From Schizochytrium sp. TIO01 (taxonomy: Eukaryota > Protista > Bigyra: Labyrinthulomycetes): a DNA stretch of 64,000 bases. Each line of letters begins with the position of its first letter. The first letter of the stretch is position 1. The position numbers and the translations under genes are program-made. This document shows positions 1-11,554 of this stretch, in pieces. Below the pieces are notes generated by a model, which saw nothing but the letters and a program-made list of their open reading frames with translations, was not told where the DNA came from and did not search any database. Location: positions 6,934,029 through 6,998,028 of the forward strand of contig SMSO01000014.1 of the NCBI GenBank assembly GCA_004764695.1, written 5' to 3'.

Positions 1-1444
1 TCTCTAATTTAGAACGCTGCCTAGCCTCTCGAGCTTCCACGCGTCGTGCCTCTTCAGTGTCGATCCTCAATTTTTCAAGAGCGGTAAGCTTGTCAAAGCA
101 TATCTCGCACACTTTGACTGTTTCGTACATCCGTGATTTCATCTTTTCAGGGAGTGCTTCTGCGAGCTGAGCCGAGTTATTGAGCCCAGTTCGATAAGAA
201 AGAACTAATTTATAAACTAGAGCTCTCCGCTCTAATGGAGAAACTTGACGCAGTTGATCAAGCGACGCAGAAGAATGGACGTCGCCAATGCACCAGTTCA
301 ACTGTTCACGAAGTTTTTCACTTTCTGACTTGTGCCCCTCCTGAGCTACCTGTCTCGTTTTAAGAGCAATTTGGCGAACTTTGGCTGAGGTATATGCCGA
401 AGACAGTAATCGATAGCTTCGAATATCAGAAACAATCTCACGGACGACTTTGGCTCCGCTTGATCCTGCATATTCCTCAATTACAAGATGACCTTCGATG
501 TCACTAATAGAGCAGTGCTTGGCAAGCTTTCGCGCACAGCGAGATCCCGCCAAACGCTGAAGTCTGCCAAAGCTTGCAGGGACAACGGCTTGTAGTAATA
601 CAAGACCTGCCGGAGACTTTTCTGGAGCAGCAGAGAACATTTTGCAGAGTCTTTCAAGACACAGGACTAAGTCGTTTTTGGTGAGAACAAACTCATCTGG
701 CGCTCCCATAGCCTCGAAGCTTCGTGCACGAACTAGAGGCGAATTTCCAAAGTGACCTAAACTTTGGATAATTGTTGCATAAAAAGGTGCAAGGTCCTTG
801 ACTCCATGAAACTCTTCAGTTACCTCGCCAAAACAAACCCACCGAATAATGCGTTGCGACATGTCGAAAACTAATGTGGGAACAAACTCAACTTTGGCCT
901 TCTGTATGGCACGTTGCAAACTACAATCCCGCCAAAATTGATATCCCTGCTTCACTTCGCATAAGGTATTGTGCTTCGAATTATCAGTATCTCCCGTTGC
1001 AAAATGTTTCTTTTGCCTTTCCACATGCACATCATCTCCTCTTGCTTTTGATGTTGAGATCGACTTAAGAGTTGCAACACGAGGTAACTTCCCAGGTTTG
1101 TAAGATGGCTTAGATTTTGTGAATGACTTTGATGATTTTTTCGATAGGTCTTGTGCTTGAATTCTAGTAGATCGCGTGTTAACCGGTTGATACCTTTCTG
1201 GGATCTTCAAGTACTTCGTCTCTACACGGTTCCCTTTATGAGTCCTCGTCTTTCCTGTGATGTTACGTAGCTTTGCCTCACGAAGTTCCATTTCAACTCG
1301 AATGTCCCGCTCCGGATCATATTCCAACGTGTTAAACCAATTCAAAAATGAGCTTTTGTTTATACAACGTCCAGCACCAGATTGTTGAGTGCATTTTGGT
1401 GACTCTTGACTCTTTTCAGTTGGTGAGTCGATTGAATCCGACAT
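1..1444 (-). CDS. Hypothetical protein, 3'-truncated by the window edge (at least 481 aa)
   Basis: Manual translation from ATG at 1444 (MSDSIDSPTEKSQESPKC...) stays open to base 1 (...YETVKVCEICFDKLTALEKLRIDTEEARRVEAREARQRSKLE). It is absent from the ORF track because its stop lies outside the window. No family recognised. Confidence 0.8.
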   Translation of the reverse strand, partial: MSDSIDSPTEKSQESPKCTQQSGAGRCINKSSFLNWFNTLEYDPERDIRVEMELREAKLRNITGKTRTHKGNRVETKYLKIPERYQPVNTRSTRIQAQDLSKKSSKSFTKSKPSYKPGKLPRVATLKSISTSKARGDDVHVERQKKHFATGDTDNSKHNTLCEVKQGYQFWRDCSLQRAIQKAKVEFVPTLVFDMSQRIIRWVCFGEVTEEFHGVKDLAPFYATIIQSLGHFGNSPLVRARSFEAMGAPDEFVLTKNDLVLCLERLCKMFSAAPEKSPAGLVLLQAVVPASFGRLQRLAGSRCARKLAKHCSISDIEGHLVIEEYAGSSGAKVVREIVSDIRSYRLLSSAYTSAKVRQIALKTRQVAQEGHKSESEKLREQLNWCIGDVHSSASLDQLRQVSPLERRALVYKLVLSYRTGLNNSAQLAEALPEKMKSRMYETVKVCEICFDKLTALEKLRIDTEEARRVEAREARQRSKLE

Positions 1445-2886
1445 GTTAGGAACTGAACAGCTCGTAATATTTAAGAAGGTCAAAAGTAGATGCCTACTCA
1501 AGAGAGGAGGCGCAGAGAACCGTCCTCACAAGGTCGATGCTTGTATAGCTGGGACCGGAGAGAGCAGAGACAACACCCTGGCAAACTTTTCAGAGAAGGA
1601 ATGTAGTGTTGAGATCTGACACCCGTCCGTGCGTCCAGGATGCTAAATAACTATATCTCTTTTTCGTCAGACAAACCACCAAGAAGCTATTCTCACATTT
1701 TACGTACTCACAGAACATTGTAGTTCTTGCTTTGCAGTCCTCTGCGCAACCCATTTTGTATATATCCGTTGTAGCTGGAGTTGTCTTCCAATTCTGAGCG
1801 GTCCTCATATGTACCAAACTTGGTACTTGTACTACCCTAACCCTAGTTTTAAAGTTTCTTTGAAGGGGTATTATCAATAGCTAGGGTGGGTGATGAGTGG
1901 TGGAGAATTAATACTAAAAGTATCCTTACTGCCATAGTTTAGAGTGACGAGATCATCAACAAGAGCATATGATGAGTGGTGGATAGTTAAAACATATATA
2001 CTAACATTCATTGCTCTCATTATTCTTATTTGAGTTGAGCTATAAAGGATCAGTATAGTGAAGTATTCTATAACTAAACAGAGGCTATTCCATACTTTCT
2101 ATAGAAAGAAATTGAAGAAACTAGACTAGTCAAATCAGCTTGAAGAATACTACTAACAATATTTGCATCTAAGGGCTTAGGAAGAGTAGAATGAAATATT
2201 GGAAAGGATGCAAAGACAGTTGAAACTACGAAAAAATCAAAAATCATTAAATTGCACAAAGCAAATAATTGAAGATCATACGTATTGCTCACAAAGAGTT
2301 GAAAAAAAGGCAAGCAAAGCAAACAACAATGGAAAATCACATATGAATGAAAGGCAAATAATGAAATTTGAAAGAAAAAGATGCGTCAATTTTGTTGCAT
2401 TGAAAAGAGTTGAAGGCTTTTTAAAATAACCAATAAGGAAACAAATAGTTTTAAAAATCATAAAATCGATCTGTAAGTACCCTTACCTGCTCATGGTAGG
2501 GGAATTTGATTTCTAGAGGAAAGGGAGAAAGGAATGACATAAAATTCATATGCTCTTTCTAGTGAAAAACCCAACACTAGGCCCCCCCACCAATGTAAAC
2601 CATAGAATTAATGAAAAGCACTAAAAGGTGAATTAGAAGTTCAATAAGTAGTTTTAAAAGAAAAGACCCAGTGAAAAAGGTAGGGGCCGTCCTAGCCAAG
2701 CATTAGTTTACTCTTTTTCTTAGTGACTAACTGATTGGCTAAGCAAGCAGCTAGGCCCTTTGTTATGCACCACTAAAGAAGTCGGAGAAGGAGGCAGCCG
2801 CAACAAGAGGCTAGCTAACTAGGGCACCAAAGTCTATCGCATCAGCACACGTGGAGTGGAGCAAGGGTTGATCACACGCGGACACA

Positions 2887-3321
2887 ATGGTCAAGCTCGC
2901 CGACAGCCTCCTCTGGGAGCTCACCAAGGGCCCCAACGCCTTCACCGTGAAGAGCAAGCACGGTGACAGCCTCACCCGTGAGCCCTTCAACATCACCAAC
3001 ATCCCGAGCCGCAAGTTCTCCGGTCTCGCCAACAGCAAGGCCGTCGGCATGGAGGCTGGCAACAAGGCCGGCAACGTTGCCCTCGTCCTCAAGACCCGCT
3101 CTGCCGAGGCCAAGCCCTCCAAGGCCAAGCACGTCGCCAACATCAAGGTCCACAGCAAGGGCTTCAAGAAGAGCGTCCCCACCGTCGAGAAGCTCCTCCA
3201 GAACAGCTACCGCCAGGACCTTGCCCAGCTCGCCCGCAAGCGTGTCTACCGTAACGCCAAGGCTGTGAGCCGCAGCGGCCGCTCCTTCAAGGCCAAGGCA
3301 CGGACCAACAAGGCCGAGTAA
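2887..3321 (+). CDS. RPL28: 60S ribosomal protein L28 (eL28)
   Basis: Basic 144-aa protein with eL28 hallmarks (LLWELTK..NAF, LTREPFNITN..SRKFSGLAN.KAVG, YRQDLAQLARKR). Strong C/G-ending codon bias typical of a highly expressed gene; intronless. Confidence 0.95.
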   Translation: MVKLADSLLWELTKGPNAFTVKSKHGDSLTREPFNITNIPSRKFSGLANSKAVGMEAGNKAGNVALVLKTRSAEAKPSKAKHVANIKVHSKGFKKSVPTVEKLLQNSYRQDLAQLARKRVYRNAKAVSRSGRSFKAKARTNKAE

Positions 3322-4402
3322 ATTTGTTTCTCTGTCCAATGGCTCTTTTCCTATCATTACTACAACAACAACCTCAACAACAACCTGACATCTCCCTTTA
3401 CAACAACTACAACTACTCCCTTTCTCTATTACCTGCTCCAACTCGCTTCATATCTTTCTTGGTCTTCTTGTTGAACGTGGATTATAGAAACCCAGTTTCT
3501 CAACCTATTCCATTCTTGCTCCTTGTTTGTCTTTTCGCTGACCACCTCTCAGTCCCATCATTTTCCAATTCAACCTGCCACGTTATTCTCTTGAGAGATA
3601 CTTGCGTCAATCGTCAATGCTCTACTCCTTTGCACACTATGCATGCTTAAGCAGGTAACAAGTTCACTTGAGTGTCCTTTCTGTTTCCGCAGATTTAGAA
3701 TGAAATGTTGTTCGTAAGCTGTCATAGTGGGTATGAACACTTACATTTTCCTTTGTAACTCCATGCAAGACTCCCAAAAGGTTTACCAGGTCAAGAACTG
3801 ATATGAAGCCTTGCGTTGAAATATTAGAGAGCATTTGTCTCCGGGGGACACTTCTAATTTCCTTACGGCAAATTAATTGATGAACTACAATACTTGACGA
3901 AATAAAACTATGCCATCAGAATGAAGGTAACTACTTAAGATGTTACTTTATTTGACCCAAGCTCCTCCTTTAAATGGTTACAATAACAGCATGGGGGGCA
4001 TCATGAGTCAAACAATTTATAAACGATCTTTGGCGAAGAAAACTGCAAACTTCAAATATGAACTCTTTTCACAAACAGATAGTCACTCTACCACATCTAG
4101 TATCAAGATATTATCTTTGAGCGAGATTCGATGCTAAAAACAAGAATTGTGGCTGGCATATTCAGAATAGTACAAATAGACTATGCAAAACCAAAACAAA
4201 ATGACTTACTAGACTTTAATATAATTCAATCGATGGCTCTTGTCGGTGAAGGTCAAAGTCTGCAATACAATGATCATCCAGAGTCTGCCGTTATAGCGGA
4301 GATGGTGTAAGTCCTCATTTTCTTCTCATACAGAAATTATAAATCCGACGATTAATGGAGATTATATTCCCACGAATTCGGAGAAACGTTCATATCAACG
4401 TT

Positions 4403-6202
4403 CTATCCCTCAACAATGGGCATTTGTACTTCAGCAACGAGTAATGTCATTGGATCACGAATGATGTTGACATACAAGGGGGGTGCTTCTGCACCTGGTA
4501 CTAGGCTATACACATCAATATGAAAGCTTTGCAAAACCTGTGGTATAAGTACAGGAAGCTGCAGAAAAGGAGACTCTACATGGAAGAAGTCGCGGTCATA
4601 GAATAAACTTGCAAGAGCACTATGGAGAGGGATAGCTGCAAGGTTCTCAATCTCCATAATGATCCGGAATTGTGGTCCAAGGCCTTGAACCGAGACTGAC
4701 ATGTTCAAACGAGGCTTGCGGTCATCGGTACGAGCAACGTGGTGGTGTGAACTAGTATACAGCTGGGCATTTGCCACGCCAGCAGTCTGGAAGAGTCGTA
4801 AATAGGACCGCGCAGTGAGGTAACGAAGCTTACATAAACTATGTTGAAATAAGCGATGCATTTCGGCCCCATTTTCCCGCTCCCGCTGTGTCTGGTCTAC
4901 ATACAGTTTTGTTTTCTTTGGAATTACGAGTGGAATATCTTGTTCGGGTGGAGGACCTGGAACTGGCACCTTAGACGGATCTAAATTAGCAGTACGTTTA
5001 AGCATTTTTACGCTGATTGCGCCATTGGTATAAAGGGCAACCAATGTATCTACTTCACGGTTGAATTGACCAAATGTGAGTCCTGTTACAGCAACTCCTT
5101 CTTGAGACGGGGAGATTTTGGTGACAAGCGTCTTCTCCATGTATAGTCTAACCTCTCCTGAGCGAAGCGCCACAAAGAAACCTGTGGCACTTCGCCGTAA
5201 ACATTCAAAAGGGGTAATATTGGTGACATCTTCAGGCATATGCATTGTCCAGTTCTTGCGACCTTTGATATGATACGAGTGAACAGTTCGGTTAGCACAG
5301 GCAAAAATAATATCTCTTCCTATGCGTGCTAGTCCACCGCATATGGGTGAATCCATTTCAATACAGTTGCGCACGAGATCCCCATTGCGAATACTGTAAA
5401 TTCTGTTATCACGGCAAGCAACAACAATGCGATATTCCACTTCCTTGCTACCTGTGATTGCCATACACATTGGTTCACTACGAAGGGTAATGGACTTTAC
5501 AACCTGTCGTGACTGTGAGTCAAGAATTAGAATCTTGCGAGACTCTGTGCCGAGTACCAGTGAACCTTGACCAGAACTGTCTTCCACACGAGTACGATCA
5601 CTTTTAAAGAGCACAGCCATACAAGTAATGCAAGTTGTTAAGGGCTCATCAAATGAACCATCCTCAAGTTCTTCGCTCAGATAACGCTGCTGTCGATCAG
5701 GATCTGCTTCAAGAGCAAGTAAATCTAGCGAGCGTTGTGATACATTAGATTGCGCCCTCAGTTGTCTGCAAGCATCACCAATCGTAAGTTTTCCAGATTT
5801 TAGATTACGCCAAATTTCAACCTCAGCAGGGGCTATTTTAGCAGGGGGCACATTGAACTTAAAGTAAGGTTTGAAGTTCCTGAAGATTTTCACACTAGGT
5901 CCACAGGCTACAGCTACAAGAACTGGACCAGGAATATTGTTTCCAGATATGGACTCTTCAGAGTAGCTACACACTGCAGTTGGCACCGCGTTTAACTTTA
6001 TATTAGTCTGGACACGACCATTGTGATAGACCTTTAGAGTACCTGCAAGGTCTCCCACCAGGAGTTTGTCTTGAGCTAAGCACATGCTTCCAGAGAATGC
6101 ATGCAGATTCACGAGTGGATCATACCAGGCATCTAACCATAACTGTTGAGAATTTTGTAGGTTCCCATCATCTGGAGTTGAACTAGAGGCTTTGGACTCC
6201 AT
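4403..6202 (-). CDS. BBS1: BBSome core subunit BBS1
   Basis: Motifs WLDAWYDP, FRNFKPYFKFNVP, LVLGTES, FGQFNRE, PPPEQDIPLVIPKKTKLYVDQTQREREN, VQGLGPQF. First ATG (MESKASS) is at 6202; the track start at 6316 is a non-ATG codon. Confidence 0.95.
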   Translation of the reverse strand: MESKASSSTPDDGNLQNSQQLWLDAWYDPLVNLHAFSGSMCLAQDKLLVGDLAGTLKVYHNGRVQTNIKLNAVPTAVCSYSEESISGNNIPGPVLVAVACGPSVKIFRNFKPYFKFNVPPAKIAPAEVEIWRNLKSGKLTIGDACRQLRAQSNVSQRSLDLLALEADPDRQQRYLSEELEDGSFDEPLTTCITCMAVLFKSDRTRVEDSSGQGSLVLGTESRKILILDSQSRQVVKSITLRSEPMCMAITGSKEVEYRIVVACRDNRIYSIRNGDLVRNCIEMDSPICGGLARIGRDIIFACANRTVHSYHIKGRKNWTMHMPEDVTNITPFECLRRSATGFFVALRSGEVRLYMEKTLVTKISPSQEGVAVTGLTFGQFNREVDTLVALYTNGAISVKMLKRTANLDPSKVPVPGPPPEQDIPLVIPKKTKLYVDQTQRERENGAEMHRLFQHSLCKLRYLTARSYLRLFQTAGVANAQLYTSSHHHVARTDDRKPRLNMSVSVQGLGPQFRIIMEIENLAAIPLHSALASLFYDRDFFHVESPFLQLPVLIPQVLQSFHIDVYSLVPGAEAPPLYVNIIRDPMTLLVAEVQMPIVEG

Positions 6203-7655
6203 GACCGAAATCCTTCTTGAGTTCGCACACGCAGAGACGTGTCTACAAGAAGCCTCAGTACAGCGTGCTAAAGCACGAGGGACCAGGACTTTGTTGCAGC
6301 CTTTGCCGCTCCACAACCTTTCTCCTTCAAGCCTTCTGTAGGCTGGGACGATGAATAAAGCTGCTCGATGAGCTTAGAAGAAGAAATGTGAACTATTACA
6401 CAACCCTTTGAACATATAAAGACAAAGCTATTTGGCATAGCCTTGATTGATTATTTAAATATGCACTGATTAAAGTGTACCCCTTCAAAAGGAGCCTTAG
6501 GGAGAAGTCTAAATAAGGCCGTTGGTCCTAAATGTACTCGATCGCGTCGCTATTTCTAATAATGCCCTTAGCTAGACACCTAGTAGTAGTATAAGTGACT
6601 GTAGTAGTACTGGAAGGTTAGTTCCTCTTAACCCACATAGTATTGGCTAGTCAGTCATACATTGATGCATTTTTTTGCTTATTTTTTAATGTGCCTTTTC
6701 TGATGACGTGATTTGCAATAATTACAAACCTGGGTTGAGTCATACCAGAGTGCATCTAAAGAGGGGCGAGTATTCTTGAATTTTGCCCGTGCCCTTTATT
6801 TTTATTTTATTTTTTTGGGGGGGGGATTTATAGATTGCAAATGGGAAACATTTTCGCTGTCTTTGAACTTCAGTTATATTTATCTGCAGCAATCATTTTA
6901 GCCGAAGCTTAGTCCTTAAACTTGCTAATTTAAGAGCTAATAGTGGAGTCAGAAAAGATAATTTTGCGAATAAAAGATGTTATGGATTAGAGTTCACAAT
7001 GCCTATCTAGTTTAAATTCTCTCCCTAAATTTGTAATTTTGTTTTTAATTCGGTTCCTATTTTCTCGAATATGTATCAAACTGCACGAGAAATCCACTGT
7101 GTACGTGTCTAGGACACCCTGATTTAAATGCATGAGATACAATAACAAACATATATGAATCGATTTTTATAAAAAGCTTTATGCTGAGAGCTAAGCCCTG
7201 ATCAACTGGAGGCTGACTGAAGGATGATGAAGGAAGACGCTTGAGAAGCTTAAGAACCCTTAAGAAGATATTGTAGTTTTAGGGGGTAAGCCACTGGCTG
7301 ACCGTGGAGAAGAATAGCCAGATGGAGCAATCCGTTTAAAACTCAATAGACTAAGCATATTTAATCAATATTACTCCTAACTGAAGATGTTAGGTTCATC
7401 GTTATCTCAACCAATAATTCAGAGAATAACCTTGAATATTTCCCTGGATATGCAGTGCACATTCAGCAACTACTACCCCCTTGGTTTCACATCGATATAT
7501 CTGATTTGTCTTTTTTCTATCTCCTATACTTTGCTTGCAATACTTTCAGACTTTAAGTAGTATCCCCAAAACCCTGAGCTGATGTTTGTCCACATGATTC
7601 TTCGATTGGTGATTTTAGTACTATAACAAGAGCTTCCGCTAGAAATTGCTTTAAA

Positions 7656-7716
7656 AAATAGTATATATTATTTCCTTGACAAGGAAATAGTATATATTAT
7701 TTCCTTGTCAAGGAAA
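7656..7716. repeat. 29-bp tandem duplication that also forms a 19-bp perfect inverted repeat
   Basis: AAATAGTATATATTATTTCCTTG(A/T)CAAGG occurs twice. TTTCCTTGACAAGGAAATA (7671-7689) is the exact reverse complement of 7698-7716, with an 8-nt spacer. Confidence 0.9.
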
Positions 7717-10700
7717 ATCCAAGTTTAGAATTAGTGATGGTAAGTACTTATTGCAGAGTAGCCTGTGCTGTGAAGCGTGGAGAGGTAGTCTGACAAGGAT
7801 GACGGACTCAGGATCTCGTGAAGGGATGTAAGTGGCCTACACAATGCCTTTTGATTGAACGCTTGCTTTAATGCGGCTACAGGCATATTATCCAACAGCG
7901 GCCCTCTCACGGAGTCCCATTTTTTTTCTCTAGCTAGATTCCCGACTTAGAAGAGGTATGGAGTGTAGAGTCCTTGGAACTTCGCAGAGGGTCCTTGTAT
8001 ATCTTTGTTGCAAATCGAATTTTATTTCCGGCACATTCTAGCTCATTATCCAGGATCTTGGGGACCAAAGAGTACAGCTCTTACGGTCTATTTATTTGGC
8101 TTGGTCAAAATGTGAACATTTAAGAGATGCGTCTCCCGGAGCCTCCTCTTTAAATAATCAATACAAACATAACTTGACCATGACAGCGAGACACAGAGCA
8201 TCTCTTTTGAATGCCTCTCTTGCGATCATATTTTCACCGAATCAAATGAAGGTATTTTCCATATTGCTGGCTCTGTTTCTATGAATCAAAGCAGCGTTGT
8301 TGTTACCTTGTATTCATTTCGATTTCCTTCAGCTCATGTACCTGATGCCGGGGGTTATCATCGCCTTTGACCTGCGCTGCCTCGGCCCTAACCATAACGA
8401 TTTTTCTGCCTGGTGATCTGTTGTTGTTATTGTTCTTGCTTGCCTACCTGCTTGCTTGCTTGCGTGCTTACCGTTGAGCTTCTTGAAGGCTATTCCAAGC
8501 GTTCTTCATTAAAGCTTGATCTTAATATTCATTTCAGCGTCAACAATATCTGTCTCTTGAGGAGAGTCTGTGCAGAAGTAGTCAGAATATTTGTAGAATC
8601 TTCTGTTGCTATGTTGAATAAACAAACGATGACTACCTTCTGTTTGTGCCACTCTGTCTCTGGCTATGTGTGTTATGAGTCCATGTACAATGCCGCCAAT
8701 GAATCTGTCGAACCGCCGGGACTGCGACGATTCAGCTCAAGGCTGACAAACAAACTCCCATCCAATTCCATCATCAATAGGCGCGCCGTTTCACACGTTG
8801 ACAGAGAATTGATTTTTTGTTAAAATGCTACCTCATAACTAGTTTTTTAATGCAAATTCTGACTGAGATATATATTCTCCCTTGAGTGTTTGAAATGCCA
8901 GCGATACATTTTGAGGCAGAAGCTCTATGCTTTTTTGTAGAGAGGCTGTTTAAAGTGTCGAAATCGGGGTTTCCTGTAGAAACAGTGCTACCATAGTTCC
9001 CTCTCTCTCTAAACTGTCATTAAAAGAGTTAATGCGAAACATGTCGACTGCTGCATCCAACCAGGTAGGTTGACCCCAATGACAACAACGATCACTCTGC
9101 CGAGAGACGATGCGCAGTCTAAATATAGAAGGCTAATGAACCTGTTTTAATGTTGATGAGTAAACCTTCCTTTTGGTGAGTGAACTCTTTAGCTCCATTT
9201 TCAAAGATTAATCTTCGTTATGAGTTACTATATTTGGTTTTTCAAGAAAGCTTCCAGCTTCTGCTTGCCTGGAGTTTGCCTCAGAATCAGGGCTGTAGAA
9301 ATCGACTCAAAAGGCACAATGATACATGGCGCCGAAGTCGCGTCATGGTAAAGTCACATGTCCATACGAAGAGGTGTCCTAATAATTTAGACAGAATTCA
9401 ACTAGGTGTTAGTTGTAATGTGAAGACAGAAGCAGAGCCTGAGAAACGCTAACTCGAGTTTGCATCTTGTATTTATCTCTTCCCCCCAAAAACGTGTCCT
9501 GAATAATCAAACTGTTTTACCCTGCAAGATGTTTCTTGCAGTTCTCGCTCTTGGCAATTGATCACTCTCCCATATGGTCTGCCAGCCGCCTTCGAAAAGT
9601 GTATGTGCTGTTGGTATGAATGTTTTACTTTAATTTTAAAACTTTTTGAAAACGTTTCTATTTTTATTTATTTTTTAAATAAAAACTAAATAACAACTAT
9701 TTCCTCAAGTAAGAACAAGTACCAAATAACAAAAAATATGAAAAAATAAAGAGGTCACTGTAGCCCCCACCTTTATAATACCAGTGATGAAAATAGTTGG
9801 GATGACTAGTGCCTATGTTATACACTCCTATGATGAAAGCTGATTGTAACAAAAACGACCAGTCTAAGAAGCTATTCCTGTAATCTTTAATTTCATGAAA
9901 TTCAGTTGTATTTACGACCTCAAGTAAACACCCCATGACAAAGACGATGATTGTTTTCTTCGGGGTAGAGGTGAAAAGACCAGGCTTCTGAACCCTTAGC
10001 ATTATAATGGCCTTTCTTCCTGCCTACTACCTAACCATGCTTAAAGTGGGCGACTCTTGATGGAAAGTTTTAGGTATGACAATGACATGAACGCTGTAGA
10101 GATGTATTCACTTCACTAGTCGCAGGCAACCCCTTGAGATCTTTCAATTCAAGTTGAATGAGCCAACACAATCCTTCGTGAATTGTGTTTGCTCTCAGAT
10201 GCAGAGCCACAGCTTGATGAAAGCTCAAGCAGCAGTTCACTGCTCTCAATCCGCAAGCGACTTGTACAGAGAGGCAGCGAGCACTGCGACACAGTCGAGG
10301 ATGAAGCAGGGTGGTTCAAGCAGAGCAACTCAAAGCACGTGCAAGCGCGTCCTAGTGAGAGGTCTTTCGAATCGACGTTCGATTTCTGCTCTTCTTGTTC
10401 AATTCTCTGACACTGAGTGAGCATGATCACGAGGGAGGACCACGTTTTGTGGGGTCAGTGACAGGTGACAGCGCCCAGGTGAGGCAGAGCGCTAGTAGAA
10501 CCTGAGGTGTGCAGAGTCAGGAGCAGAGTGCAAGGTGTCTGGATTCGACTTGGATTATTGCTGCCTCAAGTTCTTGAAGCTGCTCAAACTTCTGAACGCC
10601 CAAATAAGGTCTACAATGGAATCAATCATGCGACTCGGACTAGGGCAGTCTGCCTGACCTGAGCTTATTCCCTATCTATCTAATACTAGCTAGTACCTAG

Positions 10701-10756
10701 TACGGAGCCTAAATGATTTATTGAATTCACAAAAAGCGGAAAGGAAAGGAGTGTGT

Positions 10757-11098
10757 GAGTGAGTGAGTGAGTGAGTGAATAAATGAGTGAATAAATGAGT
10801 GAATAAATGAGTGAATAAATGAGTGAATAAATGAGTGAATAAATGAGTGAATAAATGAGTGAATAAATGAGTGAATAAATGAGTGAATAAATGAGTGAAT
10901 AAATGAGTGAATAAATGAGTGAATAAATGAGTGAGTAAATGAGTGAATAAATGAGTGAATAAATGAGTGAATAAATAAGTGAATAAATGAGTGAATAAAT
11001 GAGTGAGTAAATGAGTGAATAAATGAGTGAATAAATGAGTGAATAAATGAGTGAATAAATGAGTGAATAAATGAGTGAATAAATGAGTGAGTGAGTGA
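10757..11098. repeat. 12-bp minisatellite (GAGTGAATAAAT) x26 flanked by (GAGT)n
   Basis: Units span 10773-11084 with only three variant units. The array generates the spurious SLIY/THLF/HSFI ORFs in the track. Confidence 0.97.
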
Positions 11099-11502
11099 CA
11101 TGCGCAATTCCTTCGTAGCCTGAGAACACTTCTAAAGAACTCCGGAGAGACGCCCACATACATAGATACCACTGATTGAAGTGACAAATGGTTCTCAATC
11201 ATCACTTGCTCTAAAGTGGTGGCGTCAGCTCCTACTACTACCAAGCAAGCATTGCAGGTCTGGCTGCACCGATTTGGCCATGCCAGAAGAAGTTGACGGA
11301 TGTGCTTTGACGCGAGTGCTCGCTCAAAAGGGCCAACAACACCTGCCTGTCTACCACGCAGAGAGAACCAATGGGCTCTGGCTGCTTTAGTCATTTGCTG
11401 CCTTCTGTCCTACCCACGCGAAGGCAGGCACGTCCCACTGTACCATGTTCGTATGATCGATCAGATGCCTAGCCTAGCTATGCCACGCTCGATCGTTCAC
11501 CC

Positions 11503-11554
11503 TTCTGCGTACTTCAGGTTCTGCGTACTTCAGGTTCTGCGCACTTCAGGTTCT
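11503..11554. repeat. 16-bp tandem repeat TTCTGCG(T/C)ACTTCAGG x3
   Basis: Three consecutive copies read directly from the sequence. Confidence 0.9.

Noticed and set aside
2811-3441. Antisense and alternative-frame ORFs over RPL28
   Set aside because: Explained by the strong codon bias of RPL28, which removes stops from other frames.
10686-11394. ORFs with SLIY, THLF and HSFI repeats
   Set aside because: Products of the stop-free strand of the 12-bp minisatellite, open in all three frames.
10773-11554. CRISPR-like arrays
   Set aside because: The repeats are directly tandem with no unique spacers, there are no cas genes, and the context is eukaryotic.
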